DNA of 53,117 nt from Lachnospiraceae bacterium (GTDB taxonomy: Bacteria > Bacillota > Clostridia > Lachnospirales > Lachnospiraceae): assembly GCA_017453965.1 (NCBI GenBank), contig JAFTEI010000134.1:1-53117 (forward strand). The letters are read 5' to 3'. Positions 49,395 to 53,117 of this stretch are shown here, piece by piece. The notes beneath the pieces are model-generated. The model saw only the letters and a program-made list of their open reading frames with translations. It ran no database searches and had not been told where the DNA came from. Position 1 is the stretch's first letter, and every line of letters begins with the position of its first letter. A program made the translations under genes and the position numbers.

Positions 49395-49907
49395 TCACTT
49401 GCCGCTTTCCTTATAGCGTGCCGGAACTATATCCGGCGGAAGGGTCTCATCTCCCTCGACCCAGTCCTTTTCAACATCCACTACCCTGTAATTGTCTTTA
49501 TCGATCCTCTCGTAAACAGTTGTGATCCCTGAATTTATCACATGCCTCTTACACATCGCACAGCAGTCCGTATCCTGGACATATGCTCCGTCGGAAGCTT
49601 CCTTTCCGACGAGAAACAGCGCTGCCCCGAGGGTCTCCTTGCGGGAGGCAGCAATTATCGCATTCGCTTCAGCGTGAACGGAACGGCAGAGCTCGTATCT
49701 CTCTCCCCGGGCAACCCCCAGAGATTCCCTTAAACAAACTCCGAGATCCGTGCAGTTCTTCCTTCCTCTGGGAGCCCCGTTATATCCTGTGGAGATCACA
49801 GAATCATTTGCAACGATGACGGCTCCGTATTGTCTTCTTAAACAGGTGGATCTGGCAAGCACGACCTCCGCAAGATCCAGATAATAGTTGATCTTATCTC
49901 TTCTCAT
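49395..49907 (-). CDS. dCMP deaminase (ComEB-like) family protein
   Basis: RSTCLRR, TGYNGAPRG, VHAEANAI, CAMC zinc motifs. Confidence 0.9.
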   Translation of the reverse strand: MRRDKINYYLDLAEVVLARSTCLRRQYGAVIVANDSVISTGYNGAPRGRKNCTDLGVCLRESLGVARGERYELCRSVHAEANAIIAASRKETLGAALFLVGKEASDGAYVQDTDCCAMCKRHVINSGITTVYERIDKDNYRVVDVEKDWVEGDETLPPDIVPARYKESGK

Positions 49908-50051
49908 AAAATTAATACCATCAAAATTTACTGCTGTTGTCTAATCTGTTTAATCTGATAGAATGTAATAGGTGCAACAAATAATATTGCGCCGCACAAA
50001 AAGGATTATACAAAAAATATTTATTTATCTCAAGCTACAGAGGATTTGATA

Positions 50052-51179
50052 ATGAGTCTCAAAAACACACTGCCGGACCGCGATAAAAAAATAGTACGTG
50101 TAAGCGAAGTCGGCATAGCCGTCAACGTCGGCCTGGCCGCCTCCAAGGCCATCATAGGTTTTGTGACCAACTCCATTGCGATAACTCTTGACGCGGTCAA
50201 CAACTTAAGCGACGTACTGAGCTCCTGCATTACTATATTCGGAGCGAAGTATGCCCAAAAGGCTCCCGACAGGGAACACCCCCTCGGCCACGGCCGGGCC
50301 GAGCAGCTGAGCGCCCTGCTTATTTCTATAATCATTCTCTATGCCGGTCTGACTGCCCTGATAGAATCCGTAAAAAAAATTATCTTCCCCGAGATTCCCA
50401 AATATACAGCCCTTTCGATAGCCCTGCTTTTTATTGCGGTCTTCGCGAAGATACTCCTTGCCCTATTCACTGAACGAGCCGGAAAAAAGCTGAATTCAGA
50501 GGCCCTGATAGGCTCCGGAAAGGATGCCGTATCCGATGTTTTGATCTCCGCTTCAACCATCGTGGCCGCCTTTATTTTTATAGCCTTCAAGATCAGCACA
50601 GAAGCCTATCTGGGCATCATCATCGCCTGCATAATCATAAAATCCGGTATTGAAATGTTGTCCAAAACCTTAAGCCAGATCCTCGGAGCCCGAATCAGCC
50701 CGGAGCTTTCGCGCAATGTCAAGCGTACCCTCACTGAAAATCCCCTGGTGTATGGCGCCTATGACCTCATGCTCCATAATTATGGCCCGGATAAATATCT
50801 CGGCTCTGTTCATATCGAGGTAGAAGAATCCTTAAATGCCGACGAAATAGACGACCTCTCGAGGGAGCTTACACGCAGGGTATATAGTGAGCACGGAGTC
50901 ATGCTGGAAGCTATCGGAATATACGCAGTAAATACCAGCGACCCGCAAACGCTTGAAATGCACAAAAAAATAATGGCCAAGATCCATTCACACGATTATG
51001 TCCTTCAGACTCATGGCTTTCATGTGGATTTCAACCCCAACGTAATTTATGCCGATGTCATAATAGACTTTTCGGCACCCGACCGTGCAGCTCTCTGCGA
51101 GGAGATCCAGCAGGAGATCCAGCAGCTTTACCCTGATTTTGAAGTCAATATGATACTCGATACAGATGTCAGCGATTGA
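50052..51179 (+). CDS. Cation diffusion facilitator family transporter
   Basis: DAVNNLSD, PDREHPLGHGRAE, DAVSD, HNYGP; duplicated C-terminal domain; ATG at 50052. Confidence 0.92.
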   Translation: MSLKNTLPDRDKKIVRVSEVGIAVNVGLAASKAIIGFVTNSIAITLDAVNNLSDVLSSCITIFGAKYAQKAPDREHPLGHGRAEQLSALLISIIILYAGLTALIESVKKIIFPEIPKYTALSIALLFIAVFAKILLALFTERAGKKLNSEALIGSGKDAVSDVLISASTIVAAFIFIAFKISTEAYLGIIIACIIIKSGIEMLSKTLSQILGARISPELSRNVKRTLTENPLVYGAYDLMLHNYGPDKYLGSVHIEVEESLNADEIDDLSRELTRRVYSEHGVMLEAIGIYAVNTSDPQTLEMHKKIMAKIHSHDYVLQTHGFHVDFNPNVIYADVIIDFSAPDRAALCEEIQQEIQQLYPDFEVNMILDTDVSD

Positions 51180-51209
51180 TGAGACTGGCTAAAAAAGGAG
51201 ACGCCCGAT

Positions 51210-52022
51210 ATGATAAAAACAGTGGTATTAGACGACATTTTTGGAATTTCCAAGCTTATAACCGAGCAAAGATACAGAGCTGATCTGGGGCGCTACCGCA
51301 GCCTGCATATCTATCGCGGCATGCCGAACGCGGATTTCGATCTTGTGACCTCCCTGAAACGTATCTGCAAGGATAAAAGCCATTTCCTGGAGCCGACCAT
51401 CCTTGAAACCTTTACAAAATACGCAGCCCTGGAGGATCCCTCGATAGAGACCAGCACCTGGAGACAGATGATCCTCGGGCAGCATCACGGCCTTCCCACA
51501 AGGCTCCTGGACTGGTCTTTTTCCGCACTGACCAGCATTCATTTTGCGGTAACGGAAAATAACCTCGACAATATGGACAAGCATGACTGCGTCGTATGGA
51601 GAATAGACGTGGACGAATTACACTCGCTGCTGCCCGACAAATATCAGCGGATCATGGAGCGGTCAAAAACCACTGTATTTTCGCTGAAAATGCTCCAGGA
51701 GTCCTGTGTCGGACTGGAGGAATATGATCGTGATATGGGCGGAAAGGCCGTACTTATTGTGGAGCCTCCGTCAATAGAACCGAGAATAATAAATCAATAC
51801 TCCTTCTTTTCCATTATTCCGTTAAACATGCCCGACCTTATCACCTTCCTCGATGAGCATACTAATAACACGGTAAAATTTATAATAAAAAAGGAGATCC
51901 GTTGGCAAGTGCGGGATCTCCTTGATCAGCTCAATATCAGCGAAAGAATTATTTATCCGGGCCTCGATGGATTGTCGCAATGGCTGGCCCGGCATTACTA
52001 CGTGAAAGACAAGGCCGAGTGA
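51210..52022 (+). CDS. FRG domain protein
   Basis: IYRG, GQHHGLPTRLLDWS, FAV, RIINQYSFF, LDQLNISERIIYPGLDG. Confidence 0.9.
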   Translation: MIKTVVLDDIFGISKLITEQRYRADLGRYRSLHIYRGMPNADFDLVTSLKRICKDKSHFLEPTILETFTKYAALEDPSIETSTWRQMILGQHHGLPTRLLDWSFSALTSIHFAVTENNLDNMDKHDCVVWRIDVDELHSLLPDKYQRIMERSKTTVFSLKMLQESCVGLEEYDRDMGGKAVLIVEPPSIEPRIINQYSFFSIIPLNMPDLITFLDEHTNNTVKFIIKKEIRWQVRDLLDQLNISERIIYPGLDGLSQWLARHYYVKDKAE

Positions 52023-52562
52023 TCACAGCAATGATTTCACGCACTCCTCAACCTTCTTCATATCTGCAGTGGGCTCAAACCTGGCTACCACATTGCCCTC
52101 GCGGTCGATGACAAACTTGGTGAAATTCCACTTGATGTCGGGTTTCTTTGCCCAATCGGGGTCCTTCTCGGAAAACATCTTCTCAAGGAGGCCCTTAAGC
52201 TCATGCTCGTCAAAGCCCTCAAAGCCTTTCTCGGACTTCAGATAGGTGTACAGGGGAAGCTCATTCTCTCCGTTGACGTCTGACTTCTTCATCTGAGGGA
52301 AGGTAGTGTTATAGTGTACGGTACAGAACTCATGAATCTCGTCATCAGAGCCGGGAGCCTGTCCTCCGAACTGATTGCAAGGTATGTCCAAAATCTCAAG
52401 GCCCTTATCATGGTAATCCTTGTACATCTGCTCGATGGGCGCATACTGAGGTGTGAAGCCGCAGCCGGTAGCAGTATTCACAACGAGAACCACCTTGCCC
52501 TTATAATCCGAAAGATTAACTTTCTCACCCTTGCCTGTTGTTACTTCATAATCGTAGAACAT
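52023..52562 (-). CDS. Glutathione peroxidase family (Cys-type)
   Basis: VNTATGCGFTPQY, PCNQFGGQAPG, IKWNFTKF. Confidence 0.95.
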   Translation of the reverse strand: MFYDYEVTTGKGEKVNLSDYKGKVVLVVNTATGCGFTPQYAPIEQMYKDYHDKGLEILDIPCNQFGGQAPGSDDEIHEFCTVHYNTTFPQMKKSDVNGENELPLYTYLKSEKGFEGFDEHELKGLLEKMFSEKDPDWAKKPDIKWNFTKFVIDREGNVVARFEPTADMKKVEECVKSLL

Positions 52563-52577
52563 CTTGTTGCCTCCTTT

Positions 52578-53042
52578 TTACCTTTCTTGGTTTTTATCGT
52601 TCTTTTCCATGTTGCCGAGTGCCTTGTACGTAAGCATATAGAGCGTCATAAATTCCTCATCGGTAAGCCCCATGCTCTTTGCAATGCAGGATGGGATCTT
52701 TATCGCCTCATCCTTCAGCTCCCTGCCCTTTTTCGCAAGCTTTAAAAGCAGCAGGCGCTCATCCTGGGGGTCCCTTTGTCTTGTGATATACTCCGATGCC
52801 TCGAGCCTCTTTAAAACAGGCGTAAGAGTCCCGTAATCCAAATGCAGGCATTCCGCCAGCTCCCTCGACGAAACGGCCTCCTTCTCCCACATGACCATCA
52901 TTACAATATACTGTGTATACGTGAGGCCCAGCTTCTTAAGATAAGGAGTGTACTGCTTCGTCAGCTCCTTGGAGCAGGCATATAACGGAAAGCACACCTG
53001 GTTATTCAGTTTTAATGCATCGTAGTTTTTCATTGCATCCAT
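52578..53042 (-). CDS. MarR-family regulator (OhrR-like)
   Basis: NQVCFPLYA (reactive Cys), LTYTQY, TLTPVLKRLE, RDPQDER. Confidence 0.92.
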   Translation of the reverse strand: MDAMKNYDALKLNNQVCFPLYACSKELTKQYTPYLKKLGLTYTQYIVMMVMWEKEAVSSRELAECLHLDYGTLTPVLKRLEASEYITRQRDPQDERLLLLKLAKKGRELKDEAIKIPSCIAKSMGLTDEEFMTLYMLTYKALGNMEKNDKNQER

Positions 53043-53062
53043 TTTAATTTTGCTCTATTTGC

Positions 53063-53104
53063 TTTTGCAAAATTGATTATGCCACAAAAATTATTCCTTG
53101 TCAA
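53063..53104 (-). promoter_or_regulatory. Promoter of marR-gpx with adjacent palindrome
   Basis: TTGACA-17bp-CATAAT followed by TTTTGCAAAA. Confidence 0.65.
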
Positions 53105-53117
53105 CACATAATTTCCC

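Noticed and set aside
49937-49964. TAATCTG direct repeat within a weak promoter-like sequence upstream of the CDF gene
   Set aside because: Only two 7-bp units in AT-rich DNA; insufficient to call an operator.

Overview
A chromosomal window from a motile, clostridial-type Firmicute. Lachnospiraceae-like gene order is inferred from mbl-flgF-flgG-flgJ-recD2-comF, cdaA-cdaR-glmM and a DUF6077-type protein. Almost everything from 1 to ~48.8 kb is on the minus strand. Positions 1-29.3 kb hold a large surface-glycan region. It includes a NeuB-type nonulosonate synthase (running off the window), a KpsS-like protein, GT2/GT4 transferases, FnlA/FnlC without FnlB, and a PglF-PglE-PglC block followed by ATP-grasp + HAD instead of an acetyltransferase. 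It also has Wzx, three Wzy/O-antigen-ligase-like proteins, a priming transferase interrupted by an in-frame TAG, rfbD and GT-C-like membrane proteins. Housekeeping genes follow: ptsH, glmM, cdaR, cdaA, comF, recD2, flagellar rod genes, mbl, uvrA, uvrB, pgeF, tRNA-Ser(GCT), ferredoxin, dCMP deaminase, a CDF transporter, an FRG protein, glutathione peroxidase and MarR. The most unusual signal is non-genic: a 55-bp element present in four gap-free copies, plus degenerate ones, at gene-gene junctions, always in the sense orientation. Each copy carries an SD plus ATG and encodes a 16-20 aa peptide (MSYKSD[I/V][T/A]GD...) whose stop lies on or just before the downstream start. Two other families of palindromic intergenic elements are also present. 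All calls come from reading the sequence by eye; no database searches were run.
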